NCBI GenBank assembly: GCA_030141605.1
Contig: JAQGDQ010000512.1
Coordinates: 1 to 64,000 of the forward strand
Reading direction: 5' to 3'
Length of the DNA stretch: 64,000 nucleotides
From: Tubiluchus corallicola
Lineage: Eukaryota > Animalia > Priapulida
Each line of letters starts with the position of its first letter. The stretch's first letter is position 1. Both the position numbers and the translations under genes were made by a program. The notes below the pieces were generated by a model, which was given only the letters and a program-made list of their open reading frames with translations, made no database searches and had not been told where the DNA came from. Shown here one piece after another: positions 39,853-52,168 of the stretch.

Positions 39853-40345
39853 CGTTACTTGGTATCTGTACATCACTACATCAGTATAACCACGTGCATA
39901 CCTCTACATATAAAAATATATATCTCTATATTATGCGGAATTATTTGAGTCAACTGCCAACAGTTTTGTGTACTTTTGCGTAGGAGCGTGGGACGTTTGT
40001 GAGATAGTAACGCGATTGATTCTGCATTACTGTTAGTTGAATACATGGCGCTGTACTAGTACATTTTTACTGTACTAGTCTAGTATCGATAAATACGGAT
40101 AATCGGCAAATTCGGACAGACGTCCTCCCCCCCTTTTGTCTGGCAAACCGGGATACTAGTGTAGATTTTTGTTGCAAAATGAAAATGTCTACAGTGAACA
40201 AGAGAATAGAAAAGCTTGCTATATTTATCAGCTCCAAAACGAAAATACAGTTCAATTGGTGGAATTAAATGGCTATACGTTTTATGCAAAATTCACCTTC
40301 ACAAACACAGTTGTCTATTTTCTTTGTTGGAATTTGTCGACAGTA

Positions 40346-40840
40346 TATATATGTATGTAATGATCTTTATTTGCCATTAAAATTCATTGATAATCACTGA
40401 TAAAAACTTTACAGAGATGATCAATCAGTGTTAGTTAATAAAAACTTAAACTGCTAAAGGCAAATGCTTCAGTGCAATCTAAACTACTGTGCAGTAATGG
40501 AAAGTAACGACAAATAAAATCAAACATATTTACAACTATGCACAAAAAATGAAAAACTATGATTTAATTAATATGGCCGTGGGTATATGAATTCTGAATT
40601 AGTGTGTATGTTGTCGTACTAGTGTGATGGTATTTCATATCTGGTTAATATTAGTGATTTTAATTTTGTTTCATGTGCTGATAGGGACTTGATTTGTTTA
40701 ACCTGTAATGGTAGAGAATTCCAAAGTAGAATTGCTTGTTTGATTACAGAGTTTGTTCCATAGTGGGTATTTGTCCTAATTTGTTTTAGATTGTTTGTTC
40801 TGGAATTAACGATAGGATTTGGAAAAAAGGCAAATCTGTT
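40346..40840 (-). mobile_element. LINE (CR1/L2-group) 3' fragment
   Basis: Translation …IRTNTHYGTNSVIKQAILLWNSLP…KLKSLIL; interrupts GACAGTAT|GTTTTGAATAT. Confidence 0.7.
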
Positions 40841-41195
40841 ATGTTTTGAATATTTCATTCCAGCATTTCAAGAACGTATTTGCCGTTCACTTGTTTGTTG
40901 TTGTTTCCTAGGTAACAAGCTGATTTGTGACTGTGCAGCAAACACAGTTGTCTATTTTCTTTGTTGGAATTTGTCGACAGTATGTTTTGAATATTTCATT
41001 TCAGCGTTTCGAGAATGTATTTGCTGTTCACTTGTTTGCTGTTGTTTCCTAGGTAACAATCTGATTTGTGACTGTGCAGCAAACACAGTTGTCGATTTTC
41101 TTTGTTGGAATTTGTCGACAGTATGTTTTCTGAATGTTTCATTTCAGCGTTTCAAGAACGTATTTGCCGTTCACTTGTTTGTTGTTGTTTCCTAG

Positions 41196-41422
41196 GTAAC
41201 AAGCTGATTTGTGACTGTGCAGTTAAGTGGGTAAAGTTGGAGCTGTGGAAACTATCCAAAATTGACTGTGAAGAACCAAAAAGGCTGCACGGTGAAAACG
41301 AAATTACAGCTGAAGATTTCGCCCATTGCCCTAAACCTGCCAGGGCCACAGCAACCACACAAAATGAAGCCAGTTTTTTAATAATATGTATCTCTGCCAC
41401 ACTCGTTTGGTTTCAGAACTAA
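41196..41422 (+). CDS. LRR paralogue C, exon 2 (LRRCT plus GPI-type tail)
   Basis: tttcctag|GT AAC AAG CTG ATT TGT GAC TGT; AATAAA at 41427. Confidence 0.85.
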
Positions 41423-41472
41423 CAGTAATAAAAATATCTATCATATTAATATTCTTGGTATATATATATATA

Positions 41473-42575
41473 TAAGATTCGAGGCTACAGCTCACACGAC
41501 GGCACCATTTGCGGCGATCTATACATCAAACGAAAGGTCTCGGATCTAGTGTCGTCTCATTGGGGGTTTATTTTTCGAATCGGGCGCACTGGGATTAGCG
41601 GGAGGCAAAAAACCTCCAAAAATGGCCATTTTTCGGCCGTTTTTTGCAAAAGTTATACGGCTGAGATGTAGAGAACGGTAATGGGCCGAGGGTGGTGCTG
41701 GGTATGGGTAGATAACCCGTTCAGCGGTGGTGTAGTAGGCCTAATTAGAATTCGCGAGAGGGCCACGGGGTCCCGTATTTGACAATATCTCGTTTTTGCT
41801 AATCTGACATCAAATCACGTAAGTACATGTGTTATAAGTGAGAAATAGTTGCCATAGGTGTGAGTATTCTTGCTTTTTCAGCTGCCATCTTCCTGGCTGT
41901 GAACAGAAATAGCTTTCTGGCAATGTGCTACGTCACCCAAAAAGCTAAAATCAATAATTAACCCTGAAGAGAAAAAATGCAGTTTCTTCACACCTCCGTA
42001 GACCACAAGCAGTAACACAGCACTCAGTGGCCTAACCAACGATTGTGTGACATTACCGAAGCTCGGCTCCTTGTTATGAATATCCCTCTAAGACGAGGCA
42101 GTGAACTGGCAGAGGTGACTTAGCCACAGCACTCAATGCCCTAACCAACGATTGTGTGGCATTACCGAAACTGGCCTCATTATTATGAATATCCCCCCTC
42201 CAAGATGAGGCAGTGAACTGGCAGCGGCGTCTTATCCACATTAGGATCCGCTGTGTGGAGTAAACAGTCGGGATCGGCATGGCGAAATTGGCGTTAATCA
42301 CTTTTTAATCTATGACCCGGGGTGCCATTCAGTTTGTCTAAATGAGGATACAGTACAAGCCAGTGTGCTCAGTATTGGAGCTATGTCTGTGTCTAACACT
42401 CCCATTTTTGGTACGGCCCCTACGCAAATGAAAAAGCTGAAAAATTATAGAGAACATAAATCCTAATGAAAAAAAAATTGACAAAGCTCTTACGCGCTTG
42501 ATGTCAGAATCAGCATTCACAGAAATGCGTGCGTAACAAAATAACATTTATCAAAGCAAAACAGGAACCAATCTT
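41473..42575. mobile_element. Unclassified interspersed element beginning in a (TA)n run
   Basis: Its start (TATAAGATT…CTACAGCTC…CACCATTTGCG…AACGAAAGGTCT) recurs at about 20478-20560, also after (TA)n. Right boundary uncertain. Confidence 0.45.
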
Positions 42576-42581
42576 AATTAA

Positions 42582-43050
42582 CTCTTTCAGTCCCAAATTG
42601 TTTTTTTAATAAGAAAAAATTTTTGGCTTGGTACTTTTGTTCAGTATGTCCATCTTGTTTACTCAGAATAATTATTTTTTTCTACCTGTGTCCATGTGCT
42701 AAATATAGCCTGTATCCCACGGGATACATTGGGATTCAAAGGAAGCATAAAATGTGCTTCATTTTGCAACTGCTGATAATTTTTTTAAAGTATTTAAGAC
42801 ATTTAGTATGTACGCTATGCTGATCTGTACAAAGTCGTCACTAAAGTACTGTACCTTGAGCAGTTTTTTATGCTATCAATTGCTATGTAGATTTTATAGT
42901 TTGCCATTTTATCACCATTTTAGTCTATTGTTATTGGCTTAAATCGAAATAACTATTAACAGATCAAATAACTGTCAGTTTTAAAAATTTATTAATTTTA
43001 AAGGCAGAAAATATTCTCGTATCCCACGGGATACAACGGGTATGAAAGGG
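42582..43050 (+). mobile_element. piggyBac-like MITE (duplicated with 27889-28334)
   Basis: Same element and same right flank AAACTGTAGGTCAAAACAATC. Confidence 0.8.
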
Positions 43051-43519
43051 ATAAACTGTAGGTCAAAACAATCAACTCTTTAAAGTATTGGAAGGAAACG
43101 TACTATTTTTTTCAAAAATGACTTACGTGAAAGAATTATTACCACACAAACACAGTTTCACATCCGTGCCACTAGTTCTTCGCTGTTACATGCATTTCAC
43201 CATTTGCTAGTTAGATGGGCACTAGCACCTGCATTTCGGAAGTGCATTGCACAGAAAACAGGTGCTGTACCTCTGAGCTCAGATGTGTTTTCTGACAAAC
43301 TACGCACTTTCAACAGTGCATGCATAAGCACAGCAGTACATTTGAAATTTGAATATTTATCTTAAAACAGTAATTTTAAATTTTAGTTCTAGTACAACAT
43401 GCTGAATGTGTTATAGTAGCGCTATACTTCAATTTTCACGTTTGCAAACACGCTCATGAATTATTTTTGCTGCTGAGAATCACGTTAATTTGTGACGTCA
43501 TCAATAGTTGGGCTCACCC

Positions 43520-44606
43520 GAGATTGCCAGAAACAACACCAGTAAGATTAGCATTAAACATTGAAGCACTAAAATCAGAATCAGAGACTAAGATGGGTAG
43601 GACATTTAAAGAGATTGCCCGAAACAACATCAGTAAGATTAGCAATAAACATTGGAGCACTAAAATCAGTATCAGAAGACTGAGATGGGTAGGACATTTA
43701 AAGAGATTGCCCGAAACAACATCAGTAAGATTAGCGTTAAACATTGGAGCACTAAAATCAGCATCAGAAGACTGAGATGGGTAAGCCATTTAATGAGATT
43801 ACCAGAAACAACACCAGTAAGATTAGCATTAAACATTGGAGCACTAAAATCAGCATCAGAAGACTGAGATGGGTAGGACATTTAATGAGATTACCAGAAA
43901 CAACACTAGTAAGATTAGCATTAAACATTGGAGCACTAAAATCAGAATCAGAAGACTAAGATGGGTAGGAAATTTAATGAGATTACCAGAAACAACACTA
44001 GTAAGATTAGCAATAAACATTGGAGCACTAAAATCAGCATCAGAAGACTAAGATGGGTAGGACATTTAAAGAGATTACCAGAAACAACACTAGTAAGATG
44101 AGCATTAAACATTGAAGCACTAAAATCAGAATCAGAAGACTAAGATGGGTAGGACATTTAATGAGATTGCCCGAAACAACATCAGTAAGATTAGCAATAA
44201 ACATTGGAGCACTAAAATCAGAATCAGAAGACTAAGATGGGTAGGACATTTAATGAGATTGCCCGAAACAACATCAGTAAGGTTAGCGTTAAACATTGGA
44301 GCACTAAAATCAGAACCAGAAGACTAAGATGGGTAAGCCATTTAATGAGATTACCAGAAACAACACCAGTAAGATTAGCATTAATCGAGGCACTGTAATT
44401 TACTAAACGACCTCCAGGCAAAACCAAAAACAACTTGGATATCAAGAATTAATAAAGATTATGAACGGCTGGCAAAGTTATCAATAGCATTACAGGATTT
44501 GAAAATTTCGGCTGCAGACGGGAAACAGTGAAGTGGTCTAATAAACGACATAGGCTCTACATCAACTGTACAATAGATGTTTAGAGCAACAGAAGAAGAA
44601 GAAGAA
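43520..44606 (+). repeat. RTE-derived 92-bp array (about 9 copies) plus LINE 3' end
   Basis: Paralogous to 29548-31146. Confidence 0.85.
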
Positions 44607-44633
44607 GGCGCAATGTCCTAGCAACAGACATTG

Positions 44634-44647
44634 GTTACCATAGTAAC
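44634..44647 (+). promoter_or_regulatory. RFX X-box upstream of paralogue D
   Basis: GTTACCATAGTAAC, 27 nt before the ATG. Confidence 0.65.
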
Positions 44648-44674
44648 ATAACAAAGCCTGACACAGCATTCATC

Positions 44675-45305
44675 ATGGCTGCACTTAAAAAGTGGAGTCA
44701 GTTGTTAAACATAGCAACAATTAATCTGTTATGGGTAGCTGTAGGATGCAGAGGATGGTGCATCTGTGAAAAGATAAAAAAAGGTGAACTAACGACAGAA
44801 AACCTCTGCACATGCATCGATGACCCGGAAGATCGGAACCAATGCCAGCTGACCTGCAACGCAATGGACGCCAAGGGGGCCGCGAAAACGGACAGCCTCA
44901 TCCCATCGTATGGAGTCGATCAGCTCACAATTAGCAACTACACGGGAGAGGAGCTGCCAGATAAATATCTACAGGGAACCATCATGAGGAAACTGATTAT
45001 CACAGATTCTGAAAAACTCAAGTCCATCGGAGAGACGACATTCGGCATCATAGAAGTGGAGGAGATAATTCTGAACAGCTTACATGAGTTAAGCAAGATC
45101 GACAAAGGAGCATTTCAGCTCATGACCATACTGGAGGTGTTCACGATTAGGAACTGCAAGGCTTTAACGACAGGAGATTTTGATTTTAGCGAGACTCCGT
45201 TTCTATCAAATATTACCATTACCGGCACGGCAATAGAAAAGATGAAGATGCCAGTACTCAACGGAGGACTAGATCAGGCAAGCCATATGCACTTATTTAT
45301 GAGAG
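44675..45305 (+). CDS. LRR paralogue D, exon 1; spliced product 286 aa
   Basis: Close paralogue of B; donor AGA G|gtaagc. Confidence 0.9.
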
Positions 45306-45322
45306 GTAAGCAAGTCTGTTAA

Positions 45323-45748
45323 CCCTTTCATACCCGTTGTATCCCGTAGGATACGAGAATATTTTCTGCCTTTAAAATTAATAAAATTTTAAAACTGGCA
45401 GTTATTTGATCTGTTAATAGTTATTTTGATAACAATAAACCAAAAATGGTGATAAAATGGCAAACTAGAAAATCTACATAGCATAAAAAACTGTGCAAGG
45501 TACAGTACTTTAGGTACGACTTTGTACAGATCAGCATAGCATGCATACTAAATACCTTGAATACTTTAAAAAATGATGAGCAGTCGCAAAATGAAGCACA
45601 TTTTTTGCTTTTGTTGTGTTTTTAAAAAAGTCGGACTTTGTTTTTTTGCATATGACAAAGAATGTTGTGTATCCCACAGGATACATTGGGAACAAAAGTT
45701 CCAAGCCAAAATGTTTTCCTATTAAAAAATAATTTGGGACTGAAAGGG
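45323..45748 (-). mobile_element. piggyBac-like MITE specific to the paralogue D intron
   Basis: TTAA TSD on both sides; empty single-TTAA site in paralogue B at 31862-31865. Confidence 0.9.
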
Positions 45749-45779
45749 TTAATACTTCTGTACCAAGTTTACGCTTTAA

Positions 45780-46459
45780 AGGAGAAGAAACGGGCACCTG
45801 AAGTAGGTTTCAGAAATATCGCTTTAAAAATTATATTACTTTATAGTAGTTTTATGCGTATATCTTACTCGCACTGAAAGGAATTTTAGTTTGTTTTCAT
45901 TTTAAATCTCCCGCAATACTGTTCCAAAGTCGCCATTACATGACGTCATGTACCAAACGTATATCAAGGGAAGAAAACGCAATGTTAAATTATGTCTCAA
46001 AAGACTTTCCATGCAAATCTATATTACTTACATTTTCGCTTACCTACTAGAAAGACTTATGTAACTAGAAAAGAAAATTATTAATTATTTAAAATATTTT
46101 CATCAATTGGTAAAATGTCGCTGATTCCCCCTCCAGGGTGCGCCACTCACTAACCAAAAACGCATTTTTAATCTTATTGACAAGATACAGTAATTTTAAA
46201 TTTTACTTACTTAGTGACGTGTGTGTTGCGAATGCTCTGATTATTTTTTCAAACTTTACTCAATGTTATTTAAACTTGTTCCAAAAACCTGTCCTGAAAA
46301 TGGCTGCGTCCAACGGTCATCGCGGGAGCTTAAATTTACATGTTTTATACAGCGTGACTGCCGATTGAAGGCAAGCACGCAAAAAGGCAGTATGTAAGCG
46401 ATATAAAATTTCAAAACGAATTTGTCAAGCTTTATGTTTATGAAGGGTTTTCATGTGCT
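45780..46459 (+). mobile_element. Kolobok-like element in the paralogue D intron
   Basis: Duplicate of 31893-32573. Confidence 0.75.
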
Positions 46460-47197
46460 CTAACTTATCCCAAATGAATCTTTTTTAGTTTTTTTATCCC
46501 AAATCTAAATTGCAGTGCCGGATTAAAACATGGGCTCTATGGGCTGCAGTCTCTGCAAGCTGAGGGGTTTCCAGAAATTAAGTGAAATTAATTAAATTTA
46601 CTGTGAAAAGTTACTTCAGAATGAAAGTAGAACTATGCTGATTTATCTCTTTAAAAGGGACTTAATTAATTAATATATTATATAATACATTGGAACTGTT
46701 TCTTTGCTCATTATTCCAAGTCACAGCTACTACCACCCCAGTAATTAATTTATTGCAATTTGTATGCACTATATTTAATATTTCAAAAAATTATTTTAAT
46801 TTTGTAAATATCAGAATATCTCTTCTCTTTTTGTTGTTTTTGACTTGCACCCATCTATGTGGGCCTCAAGTTGGCATCATGCTGTAGAAGTTGAATATAA
46901 ACTGATTTCCAGAATCCAACATTCTCGCTTTTGATAATTGTCGCTGGGGGCCTAATGTTGGCATAATGTTGTAGAAGTTGAATAAACTGATTTCAAGAAT
47001 CCAACATTCACACTTTTGATAATCGTCGCTGGGGGCCTAATGTTGACATTATGCTGTAGAAGTTGAATAAACTGACTTATTAAAAAAATAATTTGGGACT
47101 GAAAGGGTTGAAATGATAGCTTACAAAGTCGAAAAACATTGAGTTGGCGCAAGTAAAGTTCAACTAGATGTTCACTTGTTTTGTTTTTGTTTCGCAG

Positions 47198-47427
47198 AAA
47201 ACAAGTTCGTTTGTGAATGTGATATGCAGTGGGTGAAAACCGGTGAATATAATCGGTGGAATACATCGACTATCGACTGCGAAAAACCCAAGAAACTGGA
47301 TTTTATTACAATACAATATTTTTGGTTGCTGATTGGTTGCACAGGTTCTACGCCGGTCGGGATGAATATTTTCCTGATTTCATCCTGCATTTTGATTATA
47401 ACATTTTCAGTCAGGTTATCCAGTTAA
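47198..47427 (+). CDS. LRR paralogue D, exon 2 (LRRCT plus GPI-type tail)
   Basis: tttcgcag|AA AAC AAG TTC GTT TGT GAA TGT; C-terminal tail identical to B. Confidence 0.88.
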
Positions 47428-47679
47428 CTGAAACAAGTAATACTGACAGCCTCAATAAAACAATTGGTGTCATTGTGAATTCATTTTAAAACAACAACTT
47501 GTCAACCTATTGAGAAAGAACTATCGTACACAATTTATTACCTCATTTTTGTCAAATGAAAGTTGTACTTTGACGTGCACTTGTAACTAAGCAACTGTAG
47601 AAAAAAATAAACAAAAGTATAGTTGTAATAAAACTATTCATACATCATTTTGCTTATTATTTCAATTTCAATTTTATTT

Positions 47680-48369
47680 AGTTTAGTTTAGTTTAAACGT
47701 AATTTATTTAGGATTGGATCAGACAGTTTGAACAACATGATTTAGGATCCTCACCACAACAGAGTTTATACACTATTTACAAGAACATTTACAGTAAGAA
47801 TTGACTATAACTACACAAGCTGACAAGTTTTACTACAAGATTACATTAGACATTATTAGAAAATGATGGTTAGGAAATATTAATGTACGAATATTTAAGA
47901 CTGATGCATTTCATATCAGATAGAAACTACTGGAAGCGTTTAGTACGTAATATAAAGTCATGTATACATTGGAATATTTTACAGTTAGTAACATAGTTAA
48001 ATTCATCTTTTCCGAACAATAACAACTTCAACAGATCATTAGTTCCTAAGGCAGCTATATTAAGGTTTTCAGGCAGAAGTATTTCATTTAATTTATCAAA
48101 CATAACAACCCTAGTTTGTTGATACAATGGGCAGTGCAACAAAAAGTGTTCAACAGACTCAAATCGAAATCCACAGTTACAATTCGGCAATGTTGGATGA
48201 CCGTTATTATCTTTACAGCCTTTAGAGAAAAGGTCATAGTTTAGCTGAGCAAATCCGATTCTCATGTGCGTATGATGCACTGAAACTGGAGGTTTACCAA
48301 ATGAAAAATATTTCTTACGCAACAAAAACTTAAAAGAGATTTGAGCTCTTGTTTGAATCGTGAATAGTG
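47680..48369 (-). mobile_element. 5'-truncated LINE with C-terminal CCHC zinc knuckle
   Basis: ORF 47927-48325 contains CNCGFRFESVEHFLLHCPLY; (TAAAC)n tail; 14-bp TSD TTTCAATTTTATTT; empty site in the B block near 33770-33783. Confidence 0.85.
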
Positions 48370-48616
48370 TTTCAATTTTATTTCAGACCTAAAGGTGTCC
48401 ACATAGCTAGCTGTACACAGTAAGCGATAAAAGATAAACGAGAGTTAGGGGAGAGTGCACTATAGCGCACCCTCTAGGGTTTGAAGTGTTTTTTACCTAG
48501 TCGGCTGCATAAATGCGTATTCACAGTATATCACTTGATGAAACGTACTTTAAAATTTGCTTGCTATCAATTTCAGGCTAATTTAATTGTAAAATTTTAA
48601 ATTATTTGATCAATTT

Positions 48617-50066
48617 AGGTAAAATGTTCCTGTAATGCCCACTGTGACAGGTAAAATGTTCCTATAACGCTCGCTGCAACAGGTAAAATGTTCCTATAAT
48701 GCACACTGCAACAGGTAAAATGTTCCTATAATGCTCGCTGCAACAGGTAAAATATTCCTATAACGCCCACTGCAACAGGTAAAATGTTCCTATAATGCCC
48801 ACTGCAACAGGTAAAATGTTCCTGCAATGCCCACTACAACAGGTAAAATGTTCCTGCAATGCCCACTACAACAGGTAAAATGTTCCTGTAATGCCCACCG
48901 CAACAGGTAAAATGTTCCTGTAATGCCCACTACAACAGGTAAAATGTTCCTGTAATGCGAACTGCAACAGGTAAAATGTTCCTGTAATGCTCACTACAAC
49001 AGGTAAAATGTTCCTGTAATGCCCACTGCAACACGTAAAATGTTCCTGTAATGCCCACTATAACAGGTAAAATGTTCCTGTAATGCCCACTACAACAGGT
49101 AAAATGTTCCTATAACGCTCGCTGCAACAGGTAAAATGTTCCTATAATGCACACTGCAACAGGTAAAATGTTCCTATAATGCCCACTGCAACAGGTAAAA
49201 TGTTCCTGTAATGCCCACTGCAACAGGTAAAATGTTCCTGTAATGCCCACTACAACAGGTAAAATGTTCCTGTAATGCCCACTACAACAGGTAAAATGTT
49301 CCTGTAATGCGAACTGCAACAGGTAAAATGTTCCTGTAATGCTCACTACAACAGGTAAAATGTTCCTGTAATGCCCACTGCAACACGTAAAATGTTCCTG
49401 TAATGCCCACTATAACAGGTAAAAAATGTTCCTGTAATGCCCACTACAACAGGTAAAATGTTCCTATAATGCACACTGCAACAGGTAAAATGTTCCTATA
49501 ATGCCCACTGCAACAGGTAAAATGTTCCTGTAATGCCCACTGCAACAGGTAAAATGTTCCTGTAATGCCCACTACAACAGGTAAAATGTTCCTGTAATGC
49601 CCACTACAACAGGTAAAATGTTCCTGTAATGCGAACTGCAACAGGTAAAATGTTCCTGTAATGCTCACTACAACAGGTAAAATGTTCCTGTAATGCCCAC
49701 TACAACAGGTAAAATGTTCCTGTAATGCCCACTACAACAGGTAAAATGTTCCTGTAATGCCCACTGCAACAGGTAAAATGTTCCTATGATGCCCACTACA
49801 ACAGGTAAAATGTTCCTGTAATGCCCACTACAACAGGTAAAATGTTCCTGTAATGCCCACTGCAACAGGTAAAATGTTCCTATAATGCCCACTACAACAG
49901 GTAAAATGTTCCTGTAATGCCCACCGCAACAGGTAAAATGTTCCTGTAATGCCCACTACAACAGGTAAAATGTTCCTATAATGCCCACTGCAACAGGTAA
50001 AATGTTCCTGTAATGCGAACTGCAACAGGTAAAATGTTGCTATAATGCCCACTGCAACAGGTAAAA
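48617..50066. repeat. 32-bp minisatellite, about 45 copies
   Basis: Unit GCCCACTRCAACAGGTAAAATGTTCCTRTAAT. Confidence 0.95.
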
Positions 50067-51462
50067 TCTACCTCTATGTTCGGACTAAGCAACATTACAT
50101 TACACCATGATCAGTTCTAGCTTGACTTTCTATCAGCGTTTACGGCATGCTTTACACTACTGTTATACCTTCCTTACCTCATCAAATTCATTTCTGTCTC
50201 CATCAAATCTGAGCACAAAAAATAACTAATTGTTGCAACCAAACGTTCTTCATCTGTTGCTAATACGCTTGAGTTGAACTTTGAGAACAAGTTGGCAATG
50301 AATCGGGTTCCTGTCACCCACACGAGCGAGCACTGATCAGCAAGTTCGGAATGATGCACCTAATGCACTATTTGATTGGTCAAAAGTGACATCATCTCAT
50401 TTGCATTGGCTAATTGTGCATTTTGTGAAGATTTTATTTACTGTATTTCTTACTTTGCTGTGGAAAGATGGAACAAAGTTGGGTATAGGAAATGTGTGGC
50501 TGCATAGCAAAGTCGTTCGTAAGTCGGCAATTAAGCTTTTCTGGTTATTCACATATCCTGAATCACCATTTCATGAGGATCATTTTGATACCAAGTTCAT
50601 CGCTCTATGTTATTTCTAAGCTGAGATAATCCAGATTGAAGTTGAGGTGCAGGCTACGCACTGAAAAACATAACCTTGAGAAAATCACTGTTTAAATTGG
50701 CCATTGTTTTTTGTGGTGTTTCTGCAAAACACTTAGCAACCGCACAAATGTTGGTTGCCATGGACTTCGCAAGAACAATACGAAGTCCTGTTTAAATCCA
50801 GTAGATGGCTCTTTCTGAAGAACGTCTGAGCTTGGCAACAGAAATGGGAAAAGTGAAGCAAAATGATTGCTTCCATGAGCTACAATCGGAGTTGTTTATA
50901 CAAGTTTTTTACAATTTCAGTACTAGTTTTTAGCCAGAACAGTGGATAAGGAGTTATAAAATTAGATTTGTAGTATGGTTTGAACATTTTCTCGACAATT
51001 TGATGCTAGAATATAAAAAGCCAATATATTTAGCATTTGTTTTTATAAAAAAACAAACAAAAAATTGACATTTGACAAAATTTTTGGGTCATTCTTCTCT
51101 GATGCACCATAACATAGTTTCAACTATGCCGACTCATGGACGATTTTGGTTTGCAGGCACACAAATAGAAAATTTCAATAGAAAAAGCTTAGCCCTGTCA
51201 GACAATGATAATGACGATGATGGCTGCCGTAAGTAATTTTGTGGTAAAGTACTGTTGCTTTTAGTCTACTTTTACCAAGGAAAAGGCTGCAGCAACAAGG
51301 TAGGTCTCACAAAAACCGTTTTTAGTACCATTGCCAACAGCATAAGCTTAATTTTTACTATGCATAGCAAAGTTTAGACATCATAGTAGATGCCTTTTAT
51401 ATCAAAATGGAGATTTGGGTGAAAACCACCGTATTTACGAAAATCACTTGTAGTTCCATAAT

Positions 51463-51927
51463 TAGGCCCTATTTCAAGGTGGGGGGGAGTGGGGATACTT
51501 CCCCAGGGCCTCACCCTGCAGGGGGCCTCGCACCGAGGTAATTTTTTTTGGTTTATACGAACATACTGCCTCTTCTCTCCCTCTTTCTCTCTTGCCGCAC
51601 GAGCGCCGTTTGCCTTGTGCGGCTCGGTGCGGATGTTCAGCTGTTTTCAATTTCGGAATTTCTAACACCAGCTTGTGCGGAAGTGTGAGTACGGTATTAC
51701 ATATTGCAAAGATGTTGTTTTTGATTTGACTATTTGACAAGTATTAAGGACTGGTCTTGAGAATAAAGCAGTTTTTCTTTCCTTTAACAACTGTATAACT
51801 CCATATTTTCTCTTCGAAAATGCTTCTCCGGCATTCTAGCAGTTCAAAAATTTTCTGGGCACCCCCCCCCCGAGGAGGCCTCACACCCCCACTTCCCCGG
51901 GCCTTGCTTAGGCTGAAATAGGCCCTG
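51463..51927. mobile_element. hAT-type MITE (family of 17391-17922)
   Basis: TAGGCCCTATTTCA…TGAAATAGGCCCTG, 8-bp TSD TCCATAAT. Confidence 0.88.
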
Positions 51928-52127
51928 TCCATAATTACTATTGTCGCGAAAAGGTCGATTTTGGTGTGACAGCTCACACATGAACTGTTTGAAGCACTAC
52001 TGCATTGTGCAAATTCTGAATTTTTAGCATGACTACTGCATGACATTGTGTTGTCATGAAAAAACGCATTAAAGTTTAGCATAACTGAATTTAAAACGTT
52101 AGATTCAACTCCTAGCAACGGATATTG

Positions 52128-52141
52128 GTTGCCAAGGTAAC
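52128..52141 (+). promoter_or_regulatory. RFX X-box upstream of paralogue E
   Basis: GTTGCCAAGGTAAC, 27 nt before the ATG; CCTAGCAAC half-site at 52111. Confidence 0.62.
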
Positions 52142-52168
52142 GCCGCAAAGCAAAACGAACCTTTCTTC

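Noticed and set aside
48617-50066. CRISPR-like arrays (32-, 34- and 39-bp units, also 10345-10840, 34085-34976, 52922-54000)
   Set aside because: Units are head-to-tail with no unique spacers, there are no cas genes, and the DNA is eukaryotic.
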